A stretch of 64,000 bases of DNA from an uncultured Chloroflexia bacterium (GCA_963700595.1 CAVOYE010000011.1:218336-282335); one strand, 5' to 3'; shown: positions 48,152 through 60,800, counted from the stretch's first letter. Made by a program: numbers and translations. The notes: generated by a model from the sequence alone, not told the origin.

Positions 48152-49177
48152 ATGCTAAAGCGCATTGGGTTGGCGGTCATTGTCACTGCCCTATGTATTG
48201 CCGGTTATATTGCGCCGGTGTCCGCGCAAGGGGGCATCGTCCACGCTGTCTTCTTCTACAGCCCCACCTGTTCGCATTGCCACGTGGTCATGACCGAAGT
48301 TTTGCCCGTACTGCAAGCGGAATATGGCGATAAACTTGTCATTGTTCAGTTGGATACCACGCAGCCCGGTGGGAATGCTTTGTGGCAAGCTGCCGTTTCC
48401 ATCTTTCAACCTGCTGTTGTTGGCGTTCCGACCATGGTGATTGGCGATAAAATCATGGTGGGTTCCCGTGAAATCCCGGAAATGCTGCCTGCATATATTG
48501 ACCAATACCTTCAGTCCGGTGGTGTGGATTGGCCCGCGTTACCGGGCATTGAAGCAGTTGTTGCAGATTTGGAGGGTGTGGAGCCTGATTCGCCGTCGCT
48601 TGCCGAACGCTTCTCGCGCGATCTGGCGGGAAACAGCCTCGCCGTCATTGTGCTGGTGGGTTTAATCCTCACATTTGTCGCTGTGCTGAAACCCCGTCCT
48701 TGGCAGGCCCGATTTGCCCAACGCTTTGGATCATGGGGGCTATATCTGGTGATTGCTGTCGGACTAATCGCAGCATTGTATTTAGCTTATGTTGAAACAA
48801 CGCAATCGGAGGCGATCTGCGGTCCGATTGGCGACTGTAATGCTGTGCAGCAAAGTGACTATGCCCTGCTGTTTGGGTTCCTACCCATTGCCGTTCTGGG
48901 GGTCATAGGCTATGTGGGTATCCTGGCAGTTACCCTTTATGGGAAATATTCCCGCGGTCCATTTATTGCTTATGCGCCTGCTTTGAGCTTTTTATTGACG
49001 ATTTTTGGCCTGGCTTTTTCCACCTACCTGACTTTCCTGGAGCCATTTGTCATCGGGGCAACCTGCGCGTGGTGTCTCACGTCTGCGGTGTGTATGCTTC
49101 TCCTGGCACTCATGTCTGCAGATGCCGGGTGGCAATCCCTCAGACAGTTCGCTGCGGATATGCGAAAGGCAGCGTAG
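48152..49177 (+). CDS. Thioredoxin-like + vitamin K epoxide reductase (VKOR) fusion
   Basis: FYSPTCSHC; CGPIGDCNAVQQS; ATCAWC. Confidence 0.9.
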   Translation: MLKRIGLAVIVTALCIAGYIAPVSAQGGIVHAVFFYSPTCSHCHVVMTEVLPVLQAEYGDKLVIVQLDTTQPGGNALWQAAVSIFQPAVVGVPTMVIGDKIMVGSREIPEMLPAYIDQYLQSGGVDWPALPGIEAVVADLEGVEPDSPSLAERFSRDLAGNSLAVIVLVGLILTFVAVLKPRPWQARFAQRFGSWGLYLVIAVGLIAALYLAYVETTQSEAICGPIGDCNAVQQSDYALLFGFLPIAVLGVIGYVGILAVTLYGKYSRGPFIAYAPALSFLLTIFGLAFSTYLTFLEPFVIGATCAWCLTSAVCMLLLALMSADAGWQSLRQFAADMRKAA

Positions 49178-49269
49178 GTATTGTCAATTGATGTAAGACC
49201 TGTAATGCAAAAAACGATTCCCGGATCGGGAATCGTTTTTCTTTTAGGCTGGAAGAAATCCTGGGAAGT

Positions 49270-49794
49270 TTAGTTCCCGGCAACCGCGCTTTCAACGGCT
49301 TTATAGAGTGCGTCAAATGCCGTTTGACTGGCATTAACCGGTCCGGAGGTATAGGGCATAATGCCTGTAAACGCGTAAATCCGGTGCGACAGGGCATGAA
49401 TTTTGTCCAGCGGGACCAGGTAAGTTTTTGCTGCGATAAAGGGATACCGGGTGTGCACCTGAACAGGTTGGGAGAACTGCACTTCGAGTAATTTGTACCC
49501 CTGTTTATATTGGGTGATGGATTCTTCAGAAAGCCCTACCTCCCATTCAAAGGCGACCGGTTTACTGATAGCTGCTGAAAATGTACGCATAATGTCACCG
49601 TATCCCGGATCATCGGCAGTAAGTGTTATGGCTGTCCCATCCCAGTAGATGACAAGGGTTTCCGCTTGCGCATCGAAATTGGATATGAACCACAACGCGT
49701 CGCCATTCGTCAAAGATGTGACACCCCAGACGAGTAAAATGGCGATAACCGCCATCGTAAAAATTGCATTGAAGAAACTTAAACCATGTTGCAT
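49270..49794 (-). CDS. Hypothetical membrane-anchored protein
   Basis: RBS GGAGG, N-terminal TM. Confidence 0.6.
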   Translation of the reverse strand: MQHGLSFFNAIFTMAVIAILLVWGVTSLTNGDALWFISNFDAQAETLVIYWDGTAITLTADDPGYGDIMRTFSAAISKPVAFEWEVGLSEESITQYKQGYKLLEVQFSQPVQVHTRYPFIAAKTYLVPLDKIHALSHRIYAFTGIMPYTSGPVNASQTAFDALYKAVESAVAGN

Positions 49795-49812
49795 AGATTC
49801 CCTCCGCCCATA

Positions 49813-50268
49813 TTATAACAGAAGCCAGCGCCCTGTTCGATGGGTCCTTCTTGACCCTGATCTATAAGGTGGTGTGACGCTCTGTGCCGGCGCTGCATTC
49901 AGATAAGGCATGAGCGTATGATATAAAGAATCCGGCGGGTCGCCTTTATAGATAAACGCCTGCGCGCCAGCTTCGAGTGCCGCTGCTTTATCTTCCAGGC
50001 GTTTGCTTAACACGATAATGACCCCATCAGGTCGTCTTTGGTGGAGCTGCTGGGTAAGTGATTCTGTGTCAGCGCCAGCGAACGCCCAGTCAATGATGAT
50101 CAAATTGGCTTCAGGATAATCACCCAGGCTCTGGTCCGGTGCTACACCGGCAGATTCAATGATGACGATGTTTCTGTCTTCATTGGATAACAACAGCTTC
50201 AAAGCCGATCGAATGCTTTCATCTCTGTCTGCGATCAGAACTTTCATTTGCCCATTCCTTGTTTCCAT
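49813..50268 (-). CDS. Stand-alone response regulator receiver protein
   Basis: KVLIAD, LIIIDW, AALEAGAQAFIYK. Confidence 0.75.
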   Translation of the reverse strand: METRNGQMKVLIADRDESIRSALKLLLSNEDRNIVIIESAGVAPDQSLGDYPEANLIIIDWAFAGADTESLTQQLHQRRPDGVIIVLSKRLEDKAAALEAGAQAFIYKGDPPDSLYHTLMPYLNAAPAQSVTPPYRSGSRRTHRTGRWLLL

Positions 50269-50387
50269 GGCGCATCTCCACCTTATGAATCATGATCAGT
50301 ATACCCGTCAGGATGTTATCTGACACCGGGCAGATGGCGCGTTCCCATGTGTCCACGTGGTCAGTTTGCTAACTGGGCATGTGCCCA

Positions 50388-50426
50388 GTAAAACACCCCG
50401 CCCTTTCAAAGGGCGGGGTGTTTTAC
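50388..50426. terminator. Intrinsic terminator
   Basis: GTAAAACACCCCGCCCTTT-c-AAAGGGCGGGGTGTTTTAC. Confidence 0.75.
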
Positions 50427-50466
50427 TATTTGAATAAGCGAGCGTAAGTGTTTACTGGCTTCTATT

Positions 50467-51650
50467 CTACTGCCACAGCGGTTGGTCCGCCGGGATATTG
50501 CCGGCAATGACATCTTCGTCAAGCGCAACACCTAAACCGGGTTTATCCGGTACAGTGATATAACCGTTCTGGATTGGATCCTTAAAATCCAGCATCGTAC
50601 TCCATAACGGGATATTGTGCGAATGGTATTCAAGTGCCAGGAAATTCGGGATGGTGGCGCAGTGTGCACCGCCGCAATGGCGGTGATGGGGCTGCTCATA
50701 TTGTGGGGGGCAATCGACATAAAATACATTTCCGCTAATTCGGCAATCCGTCTGATTTCAATCGGTCCACCGCTGCGCGGGAAATCGGGTTCCAGCAGGT
50801 CGCAAGCCTGTTTTACGACCAATTCCCTGTGCATTTTGGCCCCGTAGAAGATCTCGCCGGTACAAATCGGGGTTTCTGTTTGCATACAAATTTTTTGTAA
50901 TGCATCGACATTCCCCCACTCCCATCGAATGGGATCCTCCAACCAGAGTAAATCCAGGTGCTCTACATCCTTGCAGATGCGCAGCGCGTCTGCCATGTTA
51001 AAGGAGCCGTGGAGATCAACCGCGAAATCCACATAGGGACCAATCGCAGCGCGGACGCTTTCCATGAGGTTGATGATGTGCGCGTGCTCACGCCGGGAAA
51101 TTGAGCGCTCATAGACATCCAGCTTCCATGGGTTGGCAACATCGACATCAAATTTAATGGCAGTAAATCCCTCTGTGACCAATTGTCTTGCCATCGCGGC
51201 ATAAGCTTCCGGTTCGTAGACGGAATCGAGATGGTTGCTTTCCCGCACCTCGCGCCAGCGTGCGGCATAACTCTCCGGCGTCCAGAAGGTTCCCGCGTGG
51301 CAGTCGCAATAGATCCGTATTTTGTCCCGGAGTTTTCCGCCCAATAATTGCCAAACCGGCACACCCAGCTTTTTGCCCATAATGTCCCATAAGGCAATTT
51401 CAACGCCGGCACCCAGTCCACCCATTGCCCAGAGACCGTGTTGGGGTTGCCCGCTGTAGTGCAGGAGGTTGATATTCATCGGGTCCTGACCGATGAGCTG
51501 GTTTTTCAACTGCTGGAATCTGGACGGCGAAACACCGCTTGCCCATTCACCCAGGCCCGTGATGCCCTCATCCGTCAATATCTTAAGCAGGACCCAGTTC
51601 CGGTTTTCAGCTCCGAGGGGTGGGGTGATTTTAATATCTGTTATTTTCAT
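50467..51650 (-). CDS. Mandelate racemase/muconate lactonizing enzyme family (frameshift near 50655)
   Basis: TDEGITGLGE, EIALWDIMGK, KFD, VDLH, WLEDP, TGE, APHN; C-term PDKPGLGV in alternative frame. Confidence 0.85.
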
Positions 51651-51668
51651 CGGTTCTCCTGGTGTTTC

Positions 51669-52856
51669 CTAATCGAAGAAATCCTTGTCTTCTTCCGCGA
51701 GATAGGCTTGCGCTTTATCCACGATAAAGTCAACGCCCAATCCCGGCGTATCCCATACTTCGATCATACTGTTTTTAACAATAGGATTGGGCAAGCCTTC
51801 AACGATGTCGTACCACCAATCGGGACGCGCGACGGGATACTCAAAAGCGATATAGTTTTCCGGCAGGGTGGCTGAGACCTGGACGAGTGCCGCCAGGCCA
51901 AAAACACCGTCAAAAACGCCGTGGGGCGCCATCAGGATGCCGTGCAAATCGGCATATTCAGTGACCCACTTGAGTTCGGCAATACCGCCAATGTCTGCAG
52001 GATCAGGACCAATGATATTGACCGCCTGTTTTTCGATCAACTCTTTGAAATTCTGGCGCAAGTAGATTTGCTCTCCGGTGTGAATGGGGGTGGATGTCTG
52101 CATCGTGATGTCGCGGAAGACATCAGCGAGAACATAGGGATTGTAGTCGCCGTTGATGGTGTCCTCAAGCCACATTAAATTCAGGGGTTCCAGCGCTCGC
52201 GCAAGGCGGACGACATCGCTGGGTACCCAACCCGGTCCGCAATCCAGCGCGAGACCCACCTCGTCACCCAGCACACTTTTCATAGCTTCCACACAAGCGA
52301 TGGTGTGCTTCAACCCGCGTTCGGTCACCAAACCACGACTCGCCGGCGCACCGCCCTGTCCTTCGCCATAGGAGAAGTTGGGCACTTCGCGGTGCATCGC
52401 GCTGTGGAATCCAATAGCTTGCTTGATGATGCTGAATCCTTCAGGCGCTGCTTTCATTTTCGCCATATTTTCGGCATAATCTTCCGGATTGTAGCCGTGC
52501 ATTGGGTAGCGTACACCGCCGTTGTAGACGCGGACTTTGTCCCGCACTTTGCCCCCCAGCAATTTATAAACCGGGAGTCCGGCAGCCTTTCCTGCTACAT
52601 CCCACAGCGCCATCTCGATGGCACTCACAGCAGCACCCCACGGTTTGAAACTGCCCATCCTTCGTATGCGGCGCATAACGCCTTCGACGTTAGTTGGATC
52701 TGATCCAAGTATTTTATCCCGGTAGAAGAGCACATGGGGTTTTAGATAGGCTTTGGAAGATTCTGCCTGCCCATACCCGCTGATACCTTCGTCGGTGACG
52801 ATTCTGACCACCGGATTCTGACCAATGACTGCGCATTTCATATCGATGATTTTCAT
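51669..52856 (-). CDS. Mandelate racemase/muconate lactonizing enzyme family
   Basis: EMALWDVAGK, WLED, HTGEQ, APHG, PGLGV. Confidence 0.9.
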   Translation of the reverse strand: MKIIDMKCAVIGQNPVVRIVTDEGISGYGQAESSKAYLKPHVLFYRDKILGSDPTNVEGVMRRIRRMGSFKPWGAAVSAIEMALWDVAGKAAGLPVYKLLGGKVRDKVRVYNGGVRYPMHGYNPEDYAENMAKMKAAPEGFSIIKQAIGFHSAMHREVPNFSYGEGQGGAPASRGLVTERGLKHTIACVEAMKSVLGDEVGLALDCGPGWVPSDVVRLARALEPLNLMWLEDTINGDYNPYVLADVFRDITMQTSTPIHTGEQIYLRQNFKELIEKQAVNIIGPDPADIGGIAELKWVTEYADLHGILMAPHGVFDGVFGLAALVQVSATLPENYIAFEYPVARPDWWYDIVEGLPNPIVKNSMIEVWDTPGLGVDFIVDKAQAYLAEEDKDFFD

Positions 52857-52933
52857 GGTGTACCTCCTGTGTATAGTTAATACTTTGTTATTCTACCCGA
52901 ACTATGCCGCAATTCATAAACCCTCTTTTTGTA

Positions 52934-52976
52934 AGGGGTATAAAGTTTGACTGCGCCAAACTTTATACCCCTTAAT
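52934..52976. terminator. Hairpin between MFS and enolase-family genes
   Basis: TAAGGGGTATAAAGTTTG-actgcgc-CAAACTTTATACCCCTTA. Confidence 0.65.
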
Positions 52977-52992
52977 TAATGTGATGGAACAT

Positions 52993-54145
52993 TCAACCAT
53001 TAACCATGTGTTTCTGATTCCGGATACTGGTGATGAAAATGATGAGTCCAATGATGGCGAGTGCGCCACCAAACCGGAAGGTTGAGGAGGCGCCTGTTTG
53101 ATCGTACAGGATACCGCCAATGACAGTTCCCAGGACAGCCTTCAATCCCATGGCTACACCACCAAACAACCCTTGGGCTGTGGCTTGTGTGCCGTCCGGA
53201 GCATTACCGGCAGCATAAGCCACGCCGGCAGCCCACATTGCCGAGAAGGAAGGTCCATGCAGTAATTGCAGTAACAGGATTATCCAGGGGGTGGGAAAGA
53301 AACCGTAGCCAAAGGCTTGTACGGCACATGCAGATAAGGGAGAAGACCAGCATACCTTTAGGCTGCCAGCGCCGCAGCATTTTGTCTGAGAAAAACCAGA
53401 CAGGCAGTTCGCTGAGTGTGGCAATAGTCAGTGAAAAACCCATCAGCGTTTCGCTTGCGCCTAGTGTGTTTAAGTACAAAAACAGATATGTGTTAGCGAT
53501 GGAAAGGTGCATGCTGCCAATCAGAATACTGAAAAGGAACATTGTCCATGGCTTGTTAGCCAGTAACCTGCGTATATCGTGCCAGAATCGGGGACGCAGG
53601 CTGCTCGGGCTGATAGGTATCCGGGTGACAACCACCCACGCGCATGCCATAAAAATGAGATAGCTGATGAATATCCATTGCTGCCCCACATTTTCGCTCA
53701 AGAAGCCTACAAGGGGTGCGGCGATACCCCAGCCCACTGCGCCCCATAAGCGCTGCTGCCCGTATTTGTTTTTCTGTCCGTGCAGCAGGTGCAGAACCGT
53801 GTTATCCATAAGCGAGATGATGGGCGCGCCGCAGAAGGCGAAAAGAACGACAATGATGAAAAGCCACAGATAGTGCGTGGTGAATGACAATCCGATGACT
53901 GTGACGAGGGTTCCCCCGATAGACAATAACATCAATCTCTTGTGCTGCTGCGTCGCGTCAGATACAGCACCCCACAAGGGGGCACTAAACAACATAATCA
54001 GGGGATTGATACCGCGGAGGATACCGATCTGGGTTCCTGAGAATCCTAAACGCTCGTAATACAGGACAAGGAACGGTGAAATTGCAGCAGCGGCAGCAAA
54101 ATAGAAGAAATAAAACGCTCTGGCAAAAATGAGAGGTGACTGCAT
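52993..54145 (-). CDS. MFS transporter (MFS_1_like; frameshift near 53310)
   Basis: PLWGAVSD, YGQQRLWGAVGWG, SELPVWF, QLLHG, TAQGL. Confidence 0.85.
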
Positions 54146-54204
54146 AGGGCGTGATTTCAGTTTACTATACCCGTTATATAAGAGATATATGTATAAACAG
54201 TCTG

Positions 54205-54843
54205 TTATACCAGACGGTTTTGAATGGCGATTGCCACAGCCTCTGTGCGGCTCTCTGCTCCCAGTTTAGACAGAATATTGCTAACGTGGAATTTGACGGT
54301 GGAACGGCTCACAAACAAACGCTCCGCAATTTCCGGATTGCTTAATCCTTCCACGAGGAGCGTAATAATTTCCTGTTCCCTTGCAGTCAGGTCGTGCCCG
54401 ATCAACGGCTTGTGCATCGCCGCCTGGATAAGGGCTTCGGCGGCTTCCGGCGCCAGGGTAGGTCGACCGACATGGGCTGACCTGATCGCATTGGCTAATT
54501 CATCAGCCGAAACGTTTTTCAGGAGATAGCCGATTGCCCCGGATCGTAATGCCCCCTGGACCAATTCTTCTTCTTTGAAACTTGTCAGGACGATGACTTG
54601 TATGTCGGACCACCGGTTACGGATGGCTTGTGTCGTGGCTGCGCCATCCATACCCGGCATAACCAGGTCCATCAAAATCACATCCGGGTGGAATTTCTCG
54701 CACATGCGGATAGCTTCAGCACCGCTTGAAGCATCACCAATAAGAAGCAGGTCATCATATATCAGGAGGAACGCGCTGAGTCCGCTCCGAACAACTGCAT
54801 GGTCATCGACGATCAAAACACGGATTGGATCCTGTTCAGCCAT
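54205..54843 (-). CDS. NarL/LuxR-family response regulator
   Basis: VLIVDDH, MDLVMP, LTAREQEI...TVKFHVSNI. Confidence 0.95.
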   Translation of the reverse strand: MAEQDPIRVLIVDDHAVVRSGLSAFLLIYDDLLLIGDASSGAEAIRMCEKFHPDVILMDLVMPGMDGAATTQAIRNRWSDIQVIVLTSFKEEELVQGALRSGAIGYLLKNVSADELANAIRSAHVGRPTLAPEAAEALIQAAMHKPLIGHDLTAREQEIITLLVEGLSNPEIAERLFVSRSTVKFHVSNILSKLGAESRTEAVAIAIQNRLV

Positions 54844-54927
54844 GGTTGCTCCTTTGGCAATGCGCTGTCTGAAGGTAAGGGTTATTCATGAAAATTGTAC
54901 CATAAATCGTAAAGGCAGATAGTTTCA

Positions 54928-57262
54928 TTACTTGATGGAAATTTCGCCTATTTGAACCAGGTTATTGAGCCAGGGACCTTCGGGTCCTACAGCGGTTAAC
55001 CTTGTCCCATCCTCTGCCCGGTAGACGCCCGCCCAGATGGGATAGACCCCGGGTGGGATGTTGTCGGGGATATCAATGGGGTGTGTATCCGTGACATCGA
55101 AATTCTTCCGCCAGACATCCGTCGGGAACCATCCCTGATTGGGAATGCTGTCATCCTGTGCTATTGGCTCGATCGCAGGAGGCTGCCATAAATGCACAAA
55201 CGTCGTGAGACCGGCTTCCGGTGTTGATAAGGCATGCCAATATAATGATATTTGAATGCTCTGCCCGGCTTCGCCGGAAAGCGGGTAGTCAACCCCTGTC
55301 AATGCAATCTGGTCTTCAAAGGTCGTATGGATGGCATTGCCTGGCGCGCCGTTCGCGGGTGGGGAAATAACCGGAACACTACCAAGGACCGGCGGTTCCT
55401 GTGCTGATCCCAGGGCATTGACCGCACGTAATCGCTCACCCGTATCTGCATTGAATAATCCTATCTCAAGCTGGTACAAAACCGGTGTGTCTGCCCATTC
55501 TTCTATGTGCAGCGCATAGGTTTCACAGAAAGATGTGCCGGTTTCCCACATGCTTGTTGGATAGCGCCCCAATCCGGGATAGGTGTGGCGTTCTGCGGCG
55601 CGACTGTTGTCTGGTCCAAGCAGATGCACGAACACAGTATAATCAACCATCATCGGTTGCAAGGCTTCCCAACATGCCCGCACGCTTACCACATCGCCTG
55701 GTTCCCGGTAATCATCACCCTCAACCGTGACGTTATAGACTCTGGCTAATCCGCTGTACGTGAGGGATGGCACAATTATTCCGGAAGGGGGCGCCTTGAG
55801 TCGCGGCGGCATGAATGCCGGCAGGATTCTGACACCGGGAGCCAGGATACTCAGGCTGGCGATGAAAGCCAGAAGGAGTTTCGATAGATCCTGCTTGTAG
55901 CCGCCGGATTTGCCATTTCTTGACCAGTCCATTCGCCAGGATGAGTCCCCAGGCGCCGATCGCCGGAAAAAGCAGGCGTCCATGCGGGGCTTGTACCTGG
56001 CGCATCCAGCTGAGCAGCGCTGCACTTATGCCCCCCAGCCAACAGAATGCCAGAACAATGATATCGTTTGCAACAATATCTGCGCGGTGGTAAGATGTTG
56101 TGCTTCTGGTCAGATGAAGCCGGTACAGGAGGACTTTCAGCACGTCATAGAAACTTACCAGGATAACTGATCCGCTGAGCGCATATAAAATAACATAGAT
56201 CGCATTGGACCAGGTGATATGGCCCCAGCCGTAGGCTGCCCAGAACGAGCGCAGCAACAACGGAATTTCCGGCAGTAATTGCCAATAGGAGACGGGTGCG
56301 GAACGTCCCCATGGTGTGTCTGTATGGCTGGTGATGCCGATGGGGTCATTGTACAGGAATGTATTTCGCACGTACCACCAACTTCCCACAAGCAATATAC
56401 ACACTCCGAAAACAGCCAGATTTCGCAGAATCTGTGACAGCGTTAATTTCTGCTGTAATGCGAAATACAGGAGTGCCAGACCGCCCAGCGGGATGAGAAA
56501 AAGCGCGCTTGTCTTGCATAGTATCGCCGCGCCGGTGCTGATGCCGCAGATAATGATTTCCCATATCCCCAGCTTTCTCCGGGCTGCCCGTGCAATGGCC
56601 CATAGGGCAGTGGTGCATAACGCGGCAGCTGCACTATCATTGCTGACGATGCCGGAGATAAAGACGAACTGGGGGTGGAAAGCCACCAGCGCGACACAGA
56701 TCAACGCGCTGTGGCGATTGTGAAAAACTTCCAGGCTTAAATACCATAAGGCTGCCAGAGTCCAGATGCCAAAGAACAGCGATGTCATGCGTGCTGCGTG
56801 CAGTGCAGCAACCGCACCTGTCCACGGCCATCCCTCCGCCATGGTGTGGATGAGCATGTTCTTGTTATCCGGAGATGTTCCAGGAGCCTGATAACCGAAC
56901 CCCGGATTGCCCCAGAACAGTTCGTGCAGATCGTCATCGGGAAAGGGTTTGCTGAAAAGCGCGGCGACGGCGTAATAGAGTGGGGGTTGTGCTACCTCCT
57001 GGTGCGCACCGCTTTCATCGTTTTCCATGGACGGCAGACCATGACCCTCAGCCAACCAGCGAACGTAATTATAATGCCACACCTCATCCGGCGCCTCAAA
57101 AACCGGGGTCGTGACGGTATGCATCAAGACCAGCAGGATGAAAGCTAACAGGAGTATGGGGAAGGGTGGAAACTTTTTGCGTCGCGGTTTATGGACTATC
57201 TTTGAATTGATAGGTGGGTCCAGATTGTCCTCGCCGTATGTTTTTTTTATTCCGTGCTCCAT
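54928..57262 (-). CDS. GT-C glycosyltransferase (DUF2142/GT39-like) with C-terminal Ig-like extracellular domains (frameshift near 55890)
   Basis: FEAPDEVWH, QPPLYY, VSND, GSWWYVRN, QAPHGRLLFP; DYTVFVHLL, YPTSMW repeats. Confidence 0.8.
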
Positions 57263-57398
57263 GCGCCATAGTATAGCACATTGGGTGTATTTCAGAATGG
57301 TGGCATACCCAGGAAGAAGTGACCACAGTCAGGCTCTTGTTAAGAACGGTACGGAAGGTACAATTAGGGAATCCGCAGTTTTTCCAGGAGGAACCAAC

Positions 57399-57779
57399 AT
57401 GGATCTCAAAAGCACAGACCCTGACGACGAGATTGTAGAGAAACAGGCAGAGGAGACAGAAACCCAGCCTAAACGGCAGTGGGGACCGCAGATTATTGGC
57501 GCTATGATTGGCGCGTTTATCGCGATGATTTTAGGGGGTCTGGCAACGCAATTAGGATGGCAAATCGGTCAGATCCGTAACCTGTGGATGTGGGGCGCCG
57601 TCATTGGTGGCTTCATAGGCGCAGCAGATTCACTGGCGGAGGCGGGTTCGCGGCTAACGAAAAGCGACAACCGGCTGTTCAATATTTTTATTTCATTCCT
57701 CGGTATGCTCGCTATCCTTTTGTTTGTCCTAGGCATCAGCCGTTTAACAGGTTGGGTTTTAAAGTTGTTCAATCTGTAG
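57399..57779 (+). CDS. Hypothetical membrane protein
   Basis: RBS AGGAGG; three TM helices. Confidence 0.65.
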   Translation: MDLKSTDPDDEIVEKQAEETETQPKRQWGPQIIGAMIGAFIAMILGGLATQLGWQIGQIRNLWMWGAVIGGFIGAADSLAEAGSRLTKSDNRLFNIFISFLGMLAILLFVLGISRLTGWVLKLFNL

Positions 57780-57825
57780 ACGAATTTGGCTTTGGTAATT
57801 GAGGACTTACACCAAGTGACCTGGT

Positions 57826-60800
57826 ATGACATTCCTTAATCCGCAAGGATTCTTTGGGCTGTTATTAGCCCTACCTATTATCGCACTCTATTTAATGCGA
57901 TTGCATTACGTTGATACTGTTATTCCCAGTCTTGCGCTGTGGCAGTCGCTGCTGCAGGACCGGCACGCCAACCACCTCTGGCAGAAACTCAGGAAACATT
58001 GGCTGCTGTTCCTGCAATTGCTTGTTTTGTTGTTGGTCGTCGTATCACTCGCGCAACCCGCTTTCCCCGCACCACTCCCGACGCCTGAGCGCGTTTTCGT
58101 TTTTCTTGATGTATCCGCGAGCATGAAAGCGCAGACAGAAGGGGACGGAACACGTTTTAGTGAGGCTGTGTCTGAAATACAGCACACTCTGTCCGGTTTA
58201 GGCAGCAAAGAGAATTTGACATTGATAAGTGTTGGTTTGACACCCGAAGTGGTGGTCAATAATGTCGATCTGAATCAGTTTGCCAAAGCATTGAAAGCGC
58301 TAGCCCCCCAGCAGGGCACTGCTGACTGGAACTCCGCTCCACGATTGGCAGCAGGGTTGGCGGGTGCAGAGCGTGCTTCTTCGACAACCACACTGGTTGT
58401 CAGTGATTTTGCGACCAGCGATATGCAGGCATTTGAGGAAGCCCCCTTTCCCGGAGAACTTTCTGTAATCAACGTGGGCGATCTCAGTGCTAATGCGGGC
58501 ATTGTGAACTTTGCCATTCAGCGTACAGATACGGGCACGACGGCGTTTCTCCGCATTCAAAATGCAGGTTCTCAAACGACCCGGACCGTGGATATTCTGG
58601 CAGACGGTGTTTTATTTTCACGACAGACTATGACTCTCCTCCAGGATGCGTCTGTCACTGTTTCTTATGAGGGTATTCCGGCTGAAGCGTGGGTGGAAGC
58701 CGTGCTGGTGGAGCCGGATGTCTTTACGCTTGATGACCATGCGTGGGCTGTGCTGGATGATAACAGCAATCAAGCGACGCTGCTGGTGAGTGCCGGCAAC
58801 CGGTTTCTGGCGCAGGCATTAGCCTCGCTGCCTGGTATCGACTTTTATCAGACCAGCAGCCTGATGAACGCGGATATTCTGGACGAAGGCCAATATGCCT
58901 CGCTGGTTGTTGACAGCGTCCCGGTACCCGCGCTTCTCCCGGCAAATTTGTGGATGATTGCGCCTGAGGGAGAATCGGTGTGCGGAACACCCGAGAATAT
59001 TTTCGTCCAACCGGCACACGTCAATGGGCAGTGGCAGCATCCGATTCTGGATTACGTCGATTGGTCGGATGTCCACGTGAGTCAAGCCCGGTTTTATCAC
59101 ATCCCCGCGAACAGTGAAATCCTCATGCAGTTTCAGGTGGTACCTCTCTTGTGGACAGTTGAAAGGGATGGATACAAAGCGGTTTGCACCGGTTTTAAAC
59201 TTCAAGACAGCGATTTACCTCTGCGCCTGGCTTTTCCTGTATTGACCTCAAATATCATGCGGTGGCTTACTTCAAGCACAGCAGAAGGTCCGTATATGGC
59301 GTTAACCCCCGGTCAAGTCTGGGTGCCTGCCTTAACGGTAAACACGACCACCGGCGTGATAACAGGTCCGGACAATGACCAGCGTCCTGTTCCGTTGGAT
59401 GGCTCCGGGATTGTTCTGGATGCTGTTGGCCTTTATCGTTACACCGCTACGACACCCGCAGGACCCGAAAGAACTTTTGTCGCCGTCTCGCTATTAGATT
59501 CCCGGGAAAGTGATTTGAGATCCCGCCATATATTGAAACCTGCTGCGCAGACTGCTGCCCCTCCATTAACCATGGGAAAGCGTGAAATCAACCGTTGGAC
59601 AATTGCCCTGGCAGTGGTGCTGTGTCTTCTCGAGGCTGTCCTATGGTGGTATAGAGGTTATGGATCCAGCAAGGTGTGGCTTTCGTCGATTCTCAAGGGT
59701 TCCGGTATTCCATTTGCTGTGATATTGCGGTGTGTCATGGTCATACTGCTCATTGGGGCATTTTTGGGTGTGCGTTTCCAACGGAGAACACGGGACTTGA
59801 ACCTTGTGTTTGTTGTTGATCATTCTGCCAGCACGCAAAGCGCCTGGGATGAACAGGATGAATTTATCAAGCAGGCTCTTGCAGCGAAAAAGCCCAAAGA
59901 CCAGGTTGCGGTGATCCTGTATGGGCAGGATGCATGGGTTGACCGGTCGTTTTCATCTGGGAATACACTCGCACCGCATAATACAATTCCGGAACGGAGT
60001 GCAACGGATAGTGAGCAAGCTATCCGTTTAGCTATGGCGCTTCTTCCCCAGGATGCCCCCGGGCGTATTGTCTTGATGAGCGACGGTCTTGAGACGACCG
60101 GGCAAGCTTCTGAGGCGCTGCGAGATGCACTGGCGCGCGGTATAGATGTGCAGTTGGTGCAACCTGAGGCTGGCATACCGGCATCTGAAGTATGGGTCGA
60201 AGAATTGCAGGTTCCCACAATGGTGTATCCTGGAGATCAGGTCCCCATCAATCTGCGGATGGCAACAAATACGCCGCAAACAGTAAGAGTGAATTGGACC
60301 GTCGGGACTGAGGTCGGATATGCCTTTGTCGACCTTGGCGCGAATAATAAGTCTTTTCAGTTCAGCATTGCGATTGAATCGGCAGGATTTGTACCGGTAC
60401 GGGTGTGTGTTGAACCTGTCGCAGACCAGTACATAGAGAATAATTGCGCTGAAACATGGATTGTCGCCCAGGGACCGCGTCAAGTCCTTGTTGTGGGGGA
60501 TCAATCCGAACGCGCAGCTTTATCCGCAGCGCTGCAATCCGCTGGATTACAATTGAATGAAGTTGAACCTGGGGCGATGCCCCAGACGCTTGAATCGCTA
60601 TCCGAATATGGTGCGGTCATTCTGGTTAATACGCCAGTACGTGATTTGCCCGTTCAAGGCATCGGCAATATTGTCCCTTATGTCAGGGATGTGGGTGGTG
60701 GATTGATAGCCGTAGGAGGACCGGAAAGTTACGGCGTGGGAGGATGGTTGGGTACCGCTTTAGAACAGGTATTGCCAGTTGAGATGCGAGTTTTGGACCC

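Noticed and set aside
4059-57262. Many split genes (clpB, fprA, kinase, regulator, rhomboid, collar 1, MFS, enolase, GT-C and others) as pseudogenes or programmed frameshifts
   Set aside because: Single-base indels hit unrelated, otherwise intact genes with no in-frame stops or shared slippery motif; best explained by long-read assembly error
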